NCBI GenBank assembly: GCA_041395265.1
Contig: JAWLAW010000010.1
Coordinates: forward strand, 36,387 to 100,386
DNA: 64,000 nt
DNA from: Lysobacteraceae bacterium
GTDB taxonomy: Bacteria > Pseudomonadota > Gammaproteobacteria > Xanthomonadales > Xanthomonadaceae
Direction: 5' to 3'
The position numbers and the translations under genes were made by a program. This document shows positions 7,879 through 18,020 of this stretch, piece after piece. The notes under the pieces are model-generated. The model saw only the letters and a program-made list of their open reading frames with translations. It was not told the origin of the DNA and ran no database searches. Each line of letters starts with the position of its first letter. Position 1 is the stretch's first letter.

Positions 7879-10800
7879 CTACTGACAGACCGAAAGGCTC
7901 GTCAGCGGAACTATGTCGGCTTCCGTCTGCCAGTGTCCTTCCATGGGTGCTGGCAAGGTGATGTCCAGAACCGCATGGCCACCGCTGGCGTCGTTCGCGT
8001 AGCTTCGCACGTAGCTACCGGCAACCTGCCCCACAGCCGCGCTGTAGTCACAGGCAAAGCAACTACCGCCCTGGAACACCGTCATCGGCAAGGTATCCGC
8101 ACCAAACGGTGCCGCCGAACCGATCGCCCAGCGCGCGAAGCCGCGCTGGTCGTAGAAGTACGCGGCCGTCGCCTCAAGCCCGTCCAGCGCGGTCACGCTG
8201 TAGCCATAGCCTGACTGGCTTGGCGCGAACCAACTGGCGGTCAGCGCCAGCACGTCACCTCCGCTCGACGGACAGGAGCCCGGATCCACGCGGACCAGCG
8301 TCTGGCTGGCGACTTCTCCATCGAGTGTGGTGGTGAATCCAATCCGCGTGGTGTCCAGCATGCTGATCACTGCCTCACCAACCTGACGTGCGCTGGCGCC
8401 GGCGCCGTCCCAGGCATAGCGGTAAAGCGGTACGCGCCAGTTTCCGGCGTTGCCGGACGGTTGCGGGTCGGCACCGAGATACCAGGTCGGTGTGCCGTCA
8501 TCCAGGTAGCTGTAGACAATCAACGCCCACGCCGAGCCCGCCTCGTAGAGGAACGCACCGGAACCCGATCGCTCCGGGTTGAAGTAGCCACCGAACTCCG
8601 GCAGCGTTGGCGCCGATCCTGCGGTGATCGTGGCGGTCAGGGTGAAATCGGCCTGTTCTCCACTATCGTTGGCGGGCGTGATGAACCAGCGACCGGACTT
8701 CAGCACACTGCCCTGCAAGTCGATATTTTCGGTCGCGCCGGCGTGAATGGACGTGCCCTCGGCCTGCCCTCGTGCAGGTGCTACATCGATGCCGGTATTC
8801 GCATCCGGTGCCGCGAAGTCGCCGCCCCAGGCCGCATACAGGTCCACCTCGCCTTCGCCGCTCGTGCTGATCTCCAGTCGGCTGGCATTCGGCGGCACGT
8901 CGATGAACAGTCGCTCCTGCGCATCGCCCGCCGCCAGCTTCATCTTGCGCGGCTGCCCGGACACCAGCGCCGCCGCGGCATCGGTAGTCCCGGTGCGGGT
9001 GATGTTCACCGGCACCTTGCCGGTCTTGCCCTCACGACCGGCCTTGGCACCGAGCAGTAGGTAACCGAGCTTGGACTGTCCCGGAAGCAGGTCGGGCGCG
9101 TCCCAACTGATACGCACGGGGAAGCTGTCGCCCGCATCGACATGGCCCGGGCCAGTAATCGCCAGCTCGGTACCCGTGGACACGCTCGGGTCAACCACCT
9201 GGATGCTGAGGTCGACGTCGTCGTGGACGAACACGCTACCAGCCTGTGCGTTGTGGACCAGCACCCAAAGGCTGGATTCTTCCGCTGATGCCGCAAGTGG
9301 GGACTCACAATGCTTCTCATGTGCAAACCCCTGAAACGCGCATAGTTCTTCACTTTCCTCGGGAACTCCGTTCCTGTTGTCATCGCTTCCTATCAGCAGC
9401 GTCAAACCACCAGTGTCCTCCGACTTCAAGTCAGCGGAGAACAGTTGATTAATGTTGCTGGGCGCGACAGTCACAAACTCGAGAATGCTCTTGTCAAACG
9501 GCCCGGTGTAGTTGTCGGTACGCGACGGCTCACGATTGAGATCCATCGACACTTTCTTCGCGTCGTTCAGCACGCTGCTGGCAAACCGCGCCTCCGGCAG
9601 CGCGACGAGACCGCCGAGTTCGATATCCACGTAACCGCTTTCGCTGTCCGCCTCGATATCGATGGAATCCGGCAGCGTGCCGGGCTCGGACTTGATGGCT
9701 ACTGGAATCTGCAGGTCGGCGATGCCGTCGTCCTCGCTGCGCTCCAGGCGCAGGTGGCCGTACACCCAGTCACCGGAGACATTGGCGTCACTGACGTTGA
9801 AACTGAAGTCCAGCGTGCGCGATGCACCGTCGGCCAGAGTGAAGGTCGACGGCGACACGCTGGCGACCGTGCCATCGGGCAGGTCGAACGACGCGGTCCA
9901 GGTACCGCCACCGGCCATGTCGGTGACAGTACGGCTCATGGAACAACTGAGGAAGCAGCTCTCATCCACCAGTGCGGGAAGGTTCATCGCGCGCGTATCA
10001 CCACCGTTCGCAGCCATGAAGTCCGAACGCGACATCGGGAAATAGAGCCCCGCTCTCACCGCACCGGCGAGATCGGCGATGCCACTCCCCTGGTCCCACG
10101 GTGTTGCCGGCGTCACCTTGTCGATCTTTCCTGAAGCACGGGCAGTGGTCATCAAAGCTGAGATAGCCTGAGACGGCGTCCAGTCTGGATGAGCACCAAG
10201 CAGCAACGCGACCGACCCCGCTATGTGGGGAGACGCCATTGAGGTGCCCGTGAAAGAGGCAAGCTCGTTACCGGATTTGTAGGCCGCGAGAATGTTGGTT
10301 CCCGGCGCGGCAATCATGGGAGCCAGATAGCTTCCCCAGAACGTCGGCCCACGGCTGCTGCTCGAATTCACAAAGTCTGCGCTCTCAGGAGCATCAATCA
10401 ACTCGCCCCCTTCCAGCCGGCCCCTGTGACCGGAACCGGACGCCAGCCATTGCTTCAGGGCAGCGCCATCCCAGTAGTCCAGATGGGTTCCCGGGATGCT
10501 GTGCTGATCCGCGGTGATCTGTGAACCCTCCAGAGAGCTGTTCACCAGAACAAAACCTCCGCCACCTGCTTGACCGACGTGAAGACTCTTGTCGACACGG
10601 GCAAACGTGCCGCGATCACAAACGACGATCTGACCGTCGAATGGCTGCTGCCCTGCCGACGTTGGCCAGGGATTGGTCGCCGCATCGATGGTGCCGTTTG
10701 CGCAAAGTGAACTGCCAAAATCGCCTGAATAGACAATGTCAGCCGGCCCATAGCCCAAGGTATTCCCCGCCCCAAAAAGCACGCCACCGTTCGGCGGCGG

Positions 10801-12033
10801 CGTGTTACCACCGCTCAGGTCAACGAGCCGATTGGCAACTACCCGGCCGTGTGTGGTGTTGGCAACCGACAACATCCACGGAGCGTTGGCGGGGGAACTG
10901 ACCGTAGAAGGTCCAGGGCCATCGTTGCCGGCAGACGTCACCGGAACAATGCCGGCGTCACGCGCCCCCAGGAAAGCCAGAGAATCACCGTCGCTCCAGG
11001 GATTGTTGGTGCCGCCACCTATCGAATAGTTGATGACATCCACCTGGTCAGCGATCGCCTGATCAATGCCGGCGAGAATCCATGCGCCTTCGCACGTCGC
11101 TTCGAGCTCACAGACCTTGTACGAAACGATGTTTGTATGCGGCGCCACGCCGGAGATCTGCCGCTGCACGGAGGACCCGGCAGCCGACAGATTCACGTTG
11201 ATACGGTTTCCGCCGACCGTACTGGCAACATGAGACCCGTGCCCGGTATTGTCGCTGCCATCGTTGACTTCGGCATCGCCACCACTGGTAGTGAAGTCAT
11301 AGATGCCGATGAGCTTGTTGTTGCAACTGCCACCCGACCCCGCGCAAAGCCCGAGATACCCGGCGCGCGGATTGCTATGCGCGTACCCATCGACCGCCCC
11401 GCTAGCAGCAAATGAGGGATGTCCCGCATTGATGCCAGAGTCGATCACACCAACCACCACACCCTCGCCTTCGTTGGCGATGTCTGGAGCGCCGCCCCAT
11501 ATCTGGTCGGCATGGATCCAGCGCGGGCCGGCATCGGTCTGCGGCTTGCGCTTGAAGTCGCGGACCACGCGCTTGACGCCCGGCACGTCGCGAAGCAGCG
11601 TGGCTTCGGCGTTGTTCAAACTCAGCGCCACGCCGTTGCTGGCAAGGTCGTAGATGAAGTCGGGTTTCAGTTCGCGGCCGAGGCGCTTGGCGCCGTCGGC
11701 AAGGCGTGCACTGCGTTGATCCGCCAGATAGCCGCGATAGGCCACGCTCTCAGGTGCCAGCACGTCGAGTCGGCGCGCACCGGTCACGGCGGGGCTGGTC
11801 GCCTTCAACGCCATCGCCGCCTTGGACTTCGGCGTGATGCCGGCCGCCTTGAAACCGCGGAAGCTGGCAACGCCGGGCTCCTCGAAGTACACCAGCCAGG
11901 TGCTGCGCTCAGCCTGCGCCGCGATGGCGCTGGCACCGCCCGCGTGTGCTACGGGCTGCCCTGCGGCAACGAGTCCCATGCCAAGCGCGATGGCGGCGGC
12001 GAGAGAAGTCTGGCGAATCATCGATACGTCCAT
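7879..12033 (-). CDS. Large secreted subtilisin-family (S8) serine peptidase with PA insert, PPC domain and duplicated C-terminal module
   Basis: It has a signal peptide (..PVAHA-GG) and an I9-like propeptide. The D/H/S triad contexts are VGVIDSGINAGH, GHGSHVAST and GTSMASPHIAGSVALL. A PA-like insert (IVVCDRGTFARVDK) is present. A PPC-like segment (LEISTSGEGEVDLYAAWG) follows. The last ~239 aa form two related modules. Confidence 0.9.
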   Translation of the reverse strand: MDVSMIRQTSLAAAIALGMGLVAAGQPVAHAGGASAIAAQAERSTWLVYFEEPGVASFRGFKAAGITPKSKAAMALKATSPAVTGARRLDVLAPESVAYRGYLADQRSARLADGAKRLGRELKPDFIYDLASNGVALSLNNAEATLLRDVPGVKRVVRDFKRKPQTDAGPRWIHADQIWGGAPDIANEGEGVVVGVIDSGINAGHPSFAASGAVDGYAHSNPRAGYLGLCAGSGGSCNNKLIGIYDFTTSGGDAEVNDGSDNTGHGSHVASTVGGNRINVNLSAAGSSVQRQISGVAPHTNIVSYKVCELEATCEGAWILAGIDQAIADQVDVINYSIGGGTNNPWSDGDSLAFLGARDAGIVPVTSAGNDGPGPSTVSSPANAPWMLSVANTTHGRVVANRLVDLSGGNTPPPNGGVLFGAGNTLGYGPADIVYSGDFGSSLCANGTIDAATNPWPTSAGQQPFDGQIVVCDRGTFARVDKSLHVGQAGGGGFVLVNSSLEGSQITADQHSIPGTHLDYWDGAALKQWLASGSGHRGRLEGGELIDAPESADFVNSSSSRGPTFWGSYLAPMIAAPGTNILAAYKSGNELASFTGTSMASPHIAGSVALLLGAHPDWTPSQAISALMTTARASGKIDKVTPATPWDQGSGIADLAGAVRAGLYFPMSRSDFMAANGGDTRAMNLPALVDESCFLSCSMSRTVTDMAGGGTWTASFDLPDGTVASVSPSTFTLADGASRTLDFSFNVSDANVSGDWVYGHLRLERSEDDGIADLQIPVAIKSEPGTLPDSIDIEADSESGYVDIELGGLVALPEARFASSVLNDAKKVSMDLNREPSRTDNYTGPFDKSILEFVTVAPSNINQLFSADLKSEDTGGLTLLIGSDDNRNGVPEESEELCAFQGFAHEKHCESPLAASAEESSLWVLVHNAQAGSVFVHDDVDLSIQVVDPSVSTGTELAITGPGHVDAGDSFPVRISWDAPDLLPGQSKLGYLLLGAKAGREGKTGKVPVNITRTGTTDAAAALVSGQPRKMKLAAGDAQERLFIDVPPNASRLEISTSGEGEVDLYAAWGGDFAAPDANTGIDVAPARGQAEGTSIHAGATENIDLQGSVLKSGRWFITPANDSGEQADFTLTATITAGSAPTLPEFGGYFNPERSGSGAFLYEAGSAWALIVYSYLDDGTPTWYLGADPQPSGNAGNWRVPLYRYAWDGAGASARQVGEAVISMLDTTRIGFTTTLDGEVASQTLVRVDPGSCPSSGGDVLALTASWFAPSQSGYGYSVTALDGLEATAAYFYDQRGFARWAIGSAAPFGADTLPMTVFQGGSCFACDYSAAVGQVAGSYVRSYANDASGGHAVLDITLPAPMEGHWQTEADIVPLTSLSVCQ

Positions 12034-12109
12034 TTGTCTGAAAACAGAAGAAAAGATAAACGGTTAAGTCTATCGGCACGGGCGGGCTGCGCAAGTAGCA
12101 TTCAGCAAT

Positions 12110-12604
12110 ATGTCGCCCCATCCACCCAAACTGTTCGACGACGTTGCCATCCCGGACGTCAATGCCCTGCGATCGGCATTCGAGACATGCCGGTACCGGG
12201 TATTTCTCAGGCGCCAGGTCATAACGCTGTGCGTGGGCAGGCTCGCGGCACAGCTTGAGAGACATATCCCGCGCTGCCGGACGTTCAGCCTGATTACCGC
12301 GTGGAACCCGTGGGCCTCAGCGGCGTCACCGCGACACAACCGTTCGGCGGATCGCGGCCTGCAGCGCTGGCTGTACCTGAGAGGTGCCCCGCACTGGCCG
12401 GCCGTCAACGGTGTCGGCACCTGGCAGGAATCGTCCTGGCTGGTCGGGAATCCACCGCTGGGGCAACTCGATGTCGTCGCCAGGCAACTCGGACAGATTG
12501 CCACCCTGCACTGGCGCCGGGGTGATCCGGTGGCGCTGCGTTGGCACGTCGATCCTGCCGGCCACCGACAACGTTTCGTGGACGCTGGACGCGCGGACCC
12601 GTAG
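12110..12604 (+). CDS. Hypothetical protein, DUF3293-like
   Basis: The 164-aa ORF has typical codon bias. RTFSLITAWNPW...NRSA...L resembles DUF3293 as I recall it; this is unverified. Confidence 0.55.
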   Translation: MSPHPPKLFDDVAIPDVNALRSAFETCRYRVFLRRQVITLCVGRLAAQLERHIPRCRTFSLITAWNPWASAASPRHNRSADRGLQRWLYLRGAPHWPAVNGVGTWQESSWLVGNPPLGQLDVVARQLGQIATLHWRRGDPVALRWHVDPAGHRQRFVDAGRADP

Positions 12605-12664
12605 CATCCTGCCCGGCCTGCAATGCCCGCGAACGCTTCAAGCTCAGGACTTCGCCACGCTGCC

Positions 12665-13291
12665 ATGACCGCCGACATGCCACCGCTACTGGCCACCGAG
12701 GCGCTCGTCTTCGAGCGCAACGAGGAGCCTGTGTTCGGGCCGCTTTCGCTGTACGTTGGCGACGGCGAGGCGTTACTGATCCACGGTGGCAATGGTTCCG
12801 GCAAGACCACGCTGCTGCGGGTATTGGCCGGACTGCTGGCCCCCAACGCCGGCCGGATCAGCATCCGTGGCAGGCCGGCCAGTCGCGAATCAGTGGCGCA
12901 GACCTGCGCCCTGCTCGGTCATCTGCTGGGCCACAAGGGCGAGTTGACCGCTGCGGAAAACCTGCGCTTCGCCATCGGTTTGAACGGCCAACGCGACGGC
13001 ACGGACATCGAATCGGCGCTTGATACCGTCGGTCTGGCCGGCTACGAGGACAGCCCGGCGCGGCAACTTTCCGCAGGACAGAAGAAGCGACTGGGCCTGG
13101 CACGACTGCTGCTGCTTCCCGCACCCCTGTGGCTGCTGGACGAGCCCTACGCCAACCTCGACCTCGACGGCATCGCGCTGGTCAATCGCCTGGTCGAAGC
13201 GCATATCGGCGTCGGTGGCGCCGCGCTGATCACCAGCCACGGCGCCTACGCCACGCCGGCGGTCCGCACGCGCGTGTTGGAGCTGGACTGA
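12665..13291 (+). CDS. ccmA: Heme exporter ATP-binding protein CcmA
   Basis: It has Walker A (GGNGSGKTT), the ABC signature (LSAGQKKRL) and Walker B (LWLLDEP). It is the first gene of the ccm operon. The ORF opens at 12623. Confidence 0.85.
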   Translation: MTADMPPLLATEALVFERNEEPVFGPLSLYVGDGEALLIHGGNGSGKTTLLRVLAGLLAPNAGRISIRGRPASRESVAQTCALLGHLLGHKGELTAAENLRFAIGLNGQRDGTDIESALDTVGLAGYEDSPARQLSAGQKKRLGLARLLLLPAPLWLLDEPYANLDLDGIALVNRLVEAHIGVGGAALITSHGAYATPAVRTRVLELD

Positions 13292-13292
13292 C

Positions 13293-13976
13293 ATGGCGCA
13301 GGCTTCCACGTCATCTGCCTGCTTCGCGCTGCTGCGTCGCGACCTGCTGCTGGCCTGGCGTCGGCGCGGCGATGCCGCTCAGCCGTTGATGTTCGCGCTG
13401 CTCGTGGTCAGCCTGTTCCCGCTGGCGCTGGGACCGGAACCGGAGTTGCTGGCGCGGATCGCGCCCGGCGTGATCTGGGTGGCCGTACTGCTGTCCGGCC
13501 TGCTCTCACTGGACAGCCTGTTCCGCAGCGATCTGGATGACGGCAGCCTGGAACAACTGATGCTGACACCGCAGCCGCTGGCGCTGCTGGTGGCCTGCAA
13601 GGTGCTGATTCACTGGCTGGCCAGCGCCGTACCGGTCTTGCTGATCGTGCCACTGCTGGCCGCTTTCCTGAACCTCGACAACAGCCTGCTGCCGACGCTG
13701 TGGCTGAGCCTGCTGCTGGGCACGCCGCTGCTCAGCCTGGTGGGCACAGTAGTGGTCGCGCTGACGGTCGGGATGCGCCGCTCTGGTATGCTGCTCGCCC
13801 TGCTGGCCCTGCCGTTGTACGTGCCGGTGCTGATTTTCGGCGCCGGGGCGGTGATGGCCGCCGCACAAGGCATGCCCTACGTTGGTGCCTTCTGGCTGCT
13901 CGGCGCGGCACTGGCGCTGGCCTCGGTGCTGGCGCCGCTGGCCGCCGCGACCGCGCTGCGCATTGCCATGCCCTGA
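13293..13976 (+). CDS. ccmB: Heme exporter permease CcmB
   Basis: It is a polytopic membrane protein of 227 aa located between ccmA and ccmC. Confidence 0.9.
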   Translation: MAQASTSSACFALLRRDLLLAWRRRGDAAQPLMFALLVVSLFPLALGPEPELLARIAPGVIWVAVLLSGLLSLDSLFRSDLDDGSLEQLMLTPQPLALLVACKVLIHWLASAVPVLLIVPLLAAFLNLDNSLLPTLWLSLLLGTPLLSLVGTVVVALTVGMRRSGMLLALLALPLYVPVLIFGAGAVMAAAQGMPYVGAFWLLGAALALASVLAPLAAATALRIAMP

Positions 13977-14031
13977 ACCCGCGCCGGATGTTCACATTGG
14001 ATATTCCGGTCGCATCGGTTCATCGAATTGA

Positions 14032-14799
14032 GTGAGATTTGAGGTAGTGAACCCGGTACTTCGCTGGTTTCATCAGATGGGCTCGCCGCCCCGCTTCCAC
14101 CGCTTTGCCGGGCGCTGGTCGCGCTGGCTGCTGTGGGCATCGCTGCCGTTCATGATCTGGGGCGTGTGGTCGGGGCTGTTTGAAGTACCCGCCGACTACC
14201 AGCAGGGCGACAGCTATCGCATCCTGTTCGTGCATGTCCCCAGCGCGTGGATGAGCCTGTTCATCTACGGCCTGATGGCGGTCTATGCCTTCATCGCGCT
14301 GGTCTGGCGGATCAAGCTCTGCGAACAGTTGGCGATGGCCTGCGCACCCGTCGGCGCCGGCTTCACCGCCATCACGCTGATCACCGGCTCGCTCTGGGGC
14401 AAGCCGATGTGGGGTACCTGGTGGACCTGGGATCCGCGCCTGACGTCGGAACTGGTGCTGCTGTTCCTCTACCTCGGCGTGATCGGCCTCAACGCCGCCA
14501 TCGAGGACCGCCGCGCGGCGGCACGCGCCGCCAGCTTCCTGGCGCTGATCGGCGTGGTCAACGTGCCCATCGTGCATTTCTCGGTGGAGTGGTGGAACAC
14601 CCTGCATCAGGGCGCGACCATCAAACTGGCGGGCGAATCCAGCATCGACGCCAGCATGGTGCTGCCGCTGGTGCTGATGGCCGTTGGCACCAAGCTGTGG
14701 TTCGTCGGTTCACTGCTGCAGCGCACGCAGTCCGCGATGCTGGAACTGGAATCCGGCAAGGACTGGGTGAAACAGGTCGCGCAGGAGCAACGGCCATGA
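14032..14799 (+). CDS. ccmC: Heme exporter/heme lyase subunit CcmC
   Basis: The tryptophan-rich WWD motif is WGKPMWGTWWTWDPRLTSELV. The start could be GTG 14032 or GTG 14047. Confidence 0.9.
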   Translation: MRFEVVNPVLRWFHQMGSPPRFHRFAGRWSRWLLWASLPFMIWGVWSGLFEVPADYQQGDSYRILFVHVPSAWMSLFIYGLMAVYAFIALVWRIKLCEQLAMACAPVGAGFTAITLITGSLWGKPMWGTWWTWDPRLTSELVLLFLYLGVIGLNAAIEDRRAAARAASFLALIGVVNVPIVHFSVEWWNTLHQGATIKLAGESSIDASMVLPLVLMAVGTKLWFVGSLLQRTQSAMLELESGKDWVKQVAQEQRP

Positions 14800-14978
14800 T
14801 GGATGCTCTTACCATGGGCAAGTACGGCGTCTACGTCTGGGGCAGCTACGGCACTCTTGTCGCATTCCTGATCTGGGACTGGCTGGCGCCGCGACTGCAA
14901 CGCCGCCGGCTGCTGCGAAGTATCCGGCAACGTGAGCGCCGCGAAGCCACCCGCATCAAGAGATCGAAATCGCCATGA
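14796..14978 (+). CDS. ccmD: Heme exporter protein CcmD
   Basis: The product is a 60-aa single-TM peptide (MMDALTMGKYGVYVWGSYGTLVAFLIW...). ATG 14796 overlaps the ccmC stop, and its own stop overlaps the ccmE start. Confidence 0.75.
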   Translation: MMDALTMGKYGVYVWGSYGTLVAFLIWDWLAPRLQRRRLLRSIRQRERREATRIKRSKSP

Positions 14979-15472
14979 ACCCGACCCGCAAACGCCGCCT
15001 GTGGACCGTGGCGCTGACCCTGCTCGCCGCCATCGCCGCCGCCGTGATGATCACGTTGGCGCTGCAGGCCAACCGCAGCTATCTGGTAACGCCGTCGCAA
15101 ATCCACGCTGGGGAAGCGCCGAAGGACGCCAAGTTCCGCCTGGGCGGCATCGTCAAGGAAGCCAGCCTGCGCCGTCAGGAAGGTTCGCTGGATGTCGACT
15201 TCATCATCACCGACACGCTGGAAGACATCCCTGTCCGCTACACCGGCGTGCTGCCCGACCTGTTTCGCGAAGGCCAGAGCGTGATCACCGAGGGCCGCCT
15301 CGACGGCGACCGCTTCGTCGCCGACGAAGTCATGGCGAAGCACGATGAAACCTATCGACCGGTGGAACTCGAGAAGGCCCTGGTCGAGGAGCGCAGGAAG
15401 CGCGATGCGGAACAGCCCGCCACCGAGGACGCGAGCGACGGCGAGATGACCGACGGAGACGCTGCACAGTGA
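14975..15472 (+). CDS. ccmE: Cytochrome c-type biogenesis heme chaperone CcmE
   Basis: It has an N-terminal TM anchor and the heme-binding motif AKHDETYRP (HxxxY). Confidence 0.9.
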   Translation: MNPTRKRRLWTVALTLLAAIAAAVMITLALQANRSYLVTPSQIHAGEAPKDAKFRLGGIVKEASLRRQEGSLDVDFIITDTLEDIPVRYTGVLPDLFREGQSVITEGRLDGDRFVADEVMAKHDETYRPVELEKALVEERRKRDAEQPATEDASDGEMTDGDAAQ

Positions 15473-17469
15473 TCCCCGAGTTAGGTCAGGTCGCGCTGAT
15501 CCTCGCGCTGCTGGTCGCCACGCTGCAGTTCGCACTGCCGATCTGGGGCGCACAACGCGGCGGCGATGGGCTGATGGCAGTCGCCCGACCGGCGGCGTAC
15601 ACCCAGTCGGCACTCGTTTTGCTGGCTTTCGTCATGCTGACGGTCGCCTTTGCCCGCCAGGATTTCTCGGTCGCCTACGTCGCCCAGAACAGCAACAGCC
15701 TGCTGCCCATGCATTACCGAATCACTGCGGTCTGGGGCGCGCACGAAGGATCGCTGCTGTTGTGGGCGCTGGTCCTGTCGCTGTGGACGGCAGCGGTGGC
15801 GCGCTTCTCGCAGAGCCTGCCGAAGGACGTCGTTGCGCGCGTGCTCGGCGTGCTCGGTCTGGTCGCCATCGGCTTCCTGAGCTTCATGCTGTTCACATCG
15901 AACCCGTTCGAACGCCTGCTACCCGCCGCGGTTGAAGGCCACGACCTCAATCCGCTGCTGCAGGATCCCGGCTTCATCATCCACCCGCCGATGATCTACA
16001 TGGGCTATGTCGGATTTTCGGTGGCCTTTGCCTTTGCCGTCGCTGCCCTGCTCGGCAACCGCTCGGCAAGTTCGTCGCCAGCCGCACCCGACTGGACGCA
16101 CTGGGTGCGCTGGTCACGCCCGTGGACCAACGTGGCCTGGGCATTCCAGACGCTGGGCATCGTGCTTGGTAGCTGGTGGGCCTACTACGAACTGGGCTGG
16201 GGCGGCTGGTGGTTCTGGGATCCGGTCGAGAACGGCAGCTTCATGCCGTGGCTGGTCGGCACCGCGCTGATCCACTCACAAGCCGTGACCGAGAAACGCG
16301 GCAGCTTCCGCGGCTGGACGCTGCTGCTGGCCATCGCCGCGTTCTCGCTGTCGCTGCTGGGCACCTTCATCGTGCGTTCCGGCGTGCTGACCTCGGTGCA
16401 CAGCTTCGCTGCCGATCCGGCGCGCGGCGTGTTCATCCTGGTGTTCCTGTGTCTGATCATCGGCGGCTCGCTGCTGCTCTATGCGCTGCGCGCGCCGGGC
16501 GGTGAAGGTGGCAAACCGTTCGCGCCGCTGTCGCGTGAAACCCTGCTGATGACCAACAACCTGCTGTTCAGCGCCGCCGCCGCCATGGTGCTGATCGGCA
16601 CGCTGGCACCGCTGCTGTTCGAAGCGCTGGACCTCGGCCGCATCTCGGTCGGCCCGCCGTTCTTCGACCTGCAGTTCGCGATCCTGATGGCACCGATCGT
16701 GCTGCTGCTGCCGTTCGGGCCGTTCACGCGCTGGCAGAAAGAGTTGCCGGGCCGCTTTCTGCCGCTGCTGCGCTTTTCGATCACGGTGATCGTGCTCGCG
16801 CTGCTGCTGGCCTGGTTGCTGGGCGACGGCTTCACGCTGAAGAGCTATGTCGGCGTCGCCGCATCGACCTGGATCATCGCCGGCACGCTGCGCTTCGCCT
16901 GGCAACGGATGCAGGCAACGACGGCACTCAATGGCGAAACCATCGGCATGCTGCTGGCGCACCTCGGCATGGGCATTTTCGTGGCCGGCGTGCTGCTGGT
17001 GGAAAGCCTCGGCGTGGAGCGCGACGTGGCACTGCGACCCGGCGCCAGCGCCGAGATCAACGGCTACCGTTTCCAGTTCGACGGCGTGGAGCGTATTCAA
17101 GGGCCCAACTACCGCGCCGATCGCGGTCATCTGATCGTGTTCGACGGTGAGCGCGAAATCGCGCGCCTGCAGCCGGAGAAACGCGCCTACGCCAGCGGCG
17201 GCCAGATCATGACCGAAGCGGCCATTGATCCGGCCCTGCATCGCGATCTTTACGTCGCGCTGGGTGATCGCCTCGACGCACGCGGCGATGATGCCAGCGG
17301 TAACAATGCCGAGGTCGAAGCCCATAGCTGGTCACTGCGGATCTACGTCAAGCCCTTCGTGCGGCTGATCTGGCTGGGCGGCCTGCTGATGATGCTGGGC
17401 GGCTTTGTCGCGGCGGCGGATCGTCGTTTCCGCAAACCGCGCGCCGAAGCACCAGCGGAGGCCACCTGA
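15469..17469 (+). CDS. ccmF: Cytochrome c heme lyase subunit CcmF
   Basis: It is a 666-aa polytopic protein with the WWD motif WGGWWFWDPVENGSFMPWL. Confidence 0.95.
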   Translation: MIPELGQVALILALLVATLQFALPIWGAQRGGDGLMAVARPAAYTQSALVLLAFVMLTVAFARQDFSVAYVAQNSNSLLPMHYRITAVWGAHEGSLLLWALVLSLWTAAVARFSQSLPKDVVARVLGVLGLVAIGFLSFMLFTSNPFERLLPAAVEGHDLNPLLQDPGFIIHPPMIYMGYVGFSVAFAFAVAALLGNRSASSSPAAPDWTHWVRWSRPWTNVAWAFQTLGIVLGSWWAYYELGWGGWWFWDPVENGSFMPWLVGTALIHSQAVTEKRGSFRGWTLLLAIAAFSLSLLGTFIVRSGVLTSVHSFAADPARGVFILVFLCLIIGGSLLLYALRAPGGEGGKPFAPLSRETLLMTNNLLFSAAAAMVLIGTLAPLLFEALDLGRISVGPPFFDLQFAILMAPIVLLLPFGPFTRWQKELPGRFLPLLRFSITVIVLALLLAWLLGDGFTLKSYVGVAASTWIIAGTLRFAWQRMQATTALNGETIGMLLAHLGMGIFVAGVLLVESLGVERDVALRPGASAEINGYRFQFDGVERIQGPNYRADRGHLIVFDGEREIARLQPEKRAYASGGQIMTEAAIDPALHRDLYVALGDRLDARGDDASGNNAEVEAHSWSLRIYVKPFVRLIWLGGLLMMLGGFVAAADRRFRKPRAEAPAEAT

Positions 17470-18020
17470 TGCTGCGCCGACTGCTGCCGCTGATCGTGTT
17501 CCTGGGCCTCGGCCTGCTGATGCTGGTCGGCATCCGCATCAGCGCGGACCGCGACCCCGACGCCCTGCCCTCGCCGCTGCTCAACCAGCCCGCGCCCGGA
17601 TTCGCGCTGCCGGAACTTCACATGCCGGATCGCATCGTGCGCAGCGAGGAGTTGGCCGGCGCGCCCTACCTGCTCAACGTCTGGGGCAGCTGGTGCCCAA
17701 GCTGCCGCATCGAACATCCGGTGATCACGCAGCTGGCGCAGAGCGGCACGCTGCGCGTGATCGGCTACAACTACAAGGACGAGCGTGCCGACGCGCTGCG
17801 CTGGCTCGGCCAGTTCGGCGATCCCTATGAGCTGATCGTGGTCGATGAGGACGGCCGCACCGCCATCGACTGGGGCATCTACGGCGCGCCGGAAACATTC
17901 CTCGTCGACGCCGAGGGCGTGATCCGCTTCAAACTGGTTGGTCCACTGTCGGATGACATCATCGAACGCGACATCCTGCCGCGCATCGGTCTCGACACAG
18001 AGGGGAGCAAGTCGCCATGA
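17469..18020 (+). CDS. ccmG: Thiol:disulfide oxidoreductase CcmG/DsbE
   Basis: It has a TM anchor plus a thioredoxin fold with WGSWCPSC. Confidence 0.9.
   Translation: MLRRLLPLIVFLGLGLLMLVGIRISADRDPDALPSPLLNQPAPGFALPELHMPDRIVRSEELAGAPYLLNVWGSWCPSCRIEHPVITQLAQSGTLRVIGYNYKDERADALRWLGQFGDPYELIVVDEDGRTAIDWGIYGAPETFLVDAEGVIRFKLVGPLSDDIIERDILPRIGLDTEGSKSP

Noticed and set aside
16276-17325. 349-aa minus-strand ORF inside ccmF.
   Set aside because: It has shadow-ORF composition (Q/R/A/H/D-rich). ccmF on the plus strand carries the WWD motif and operon context.
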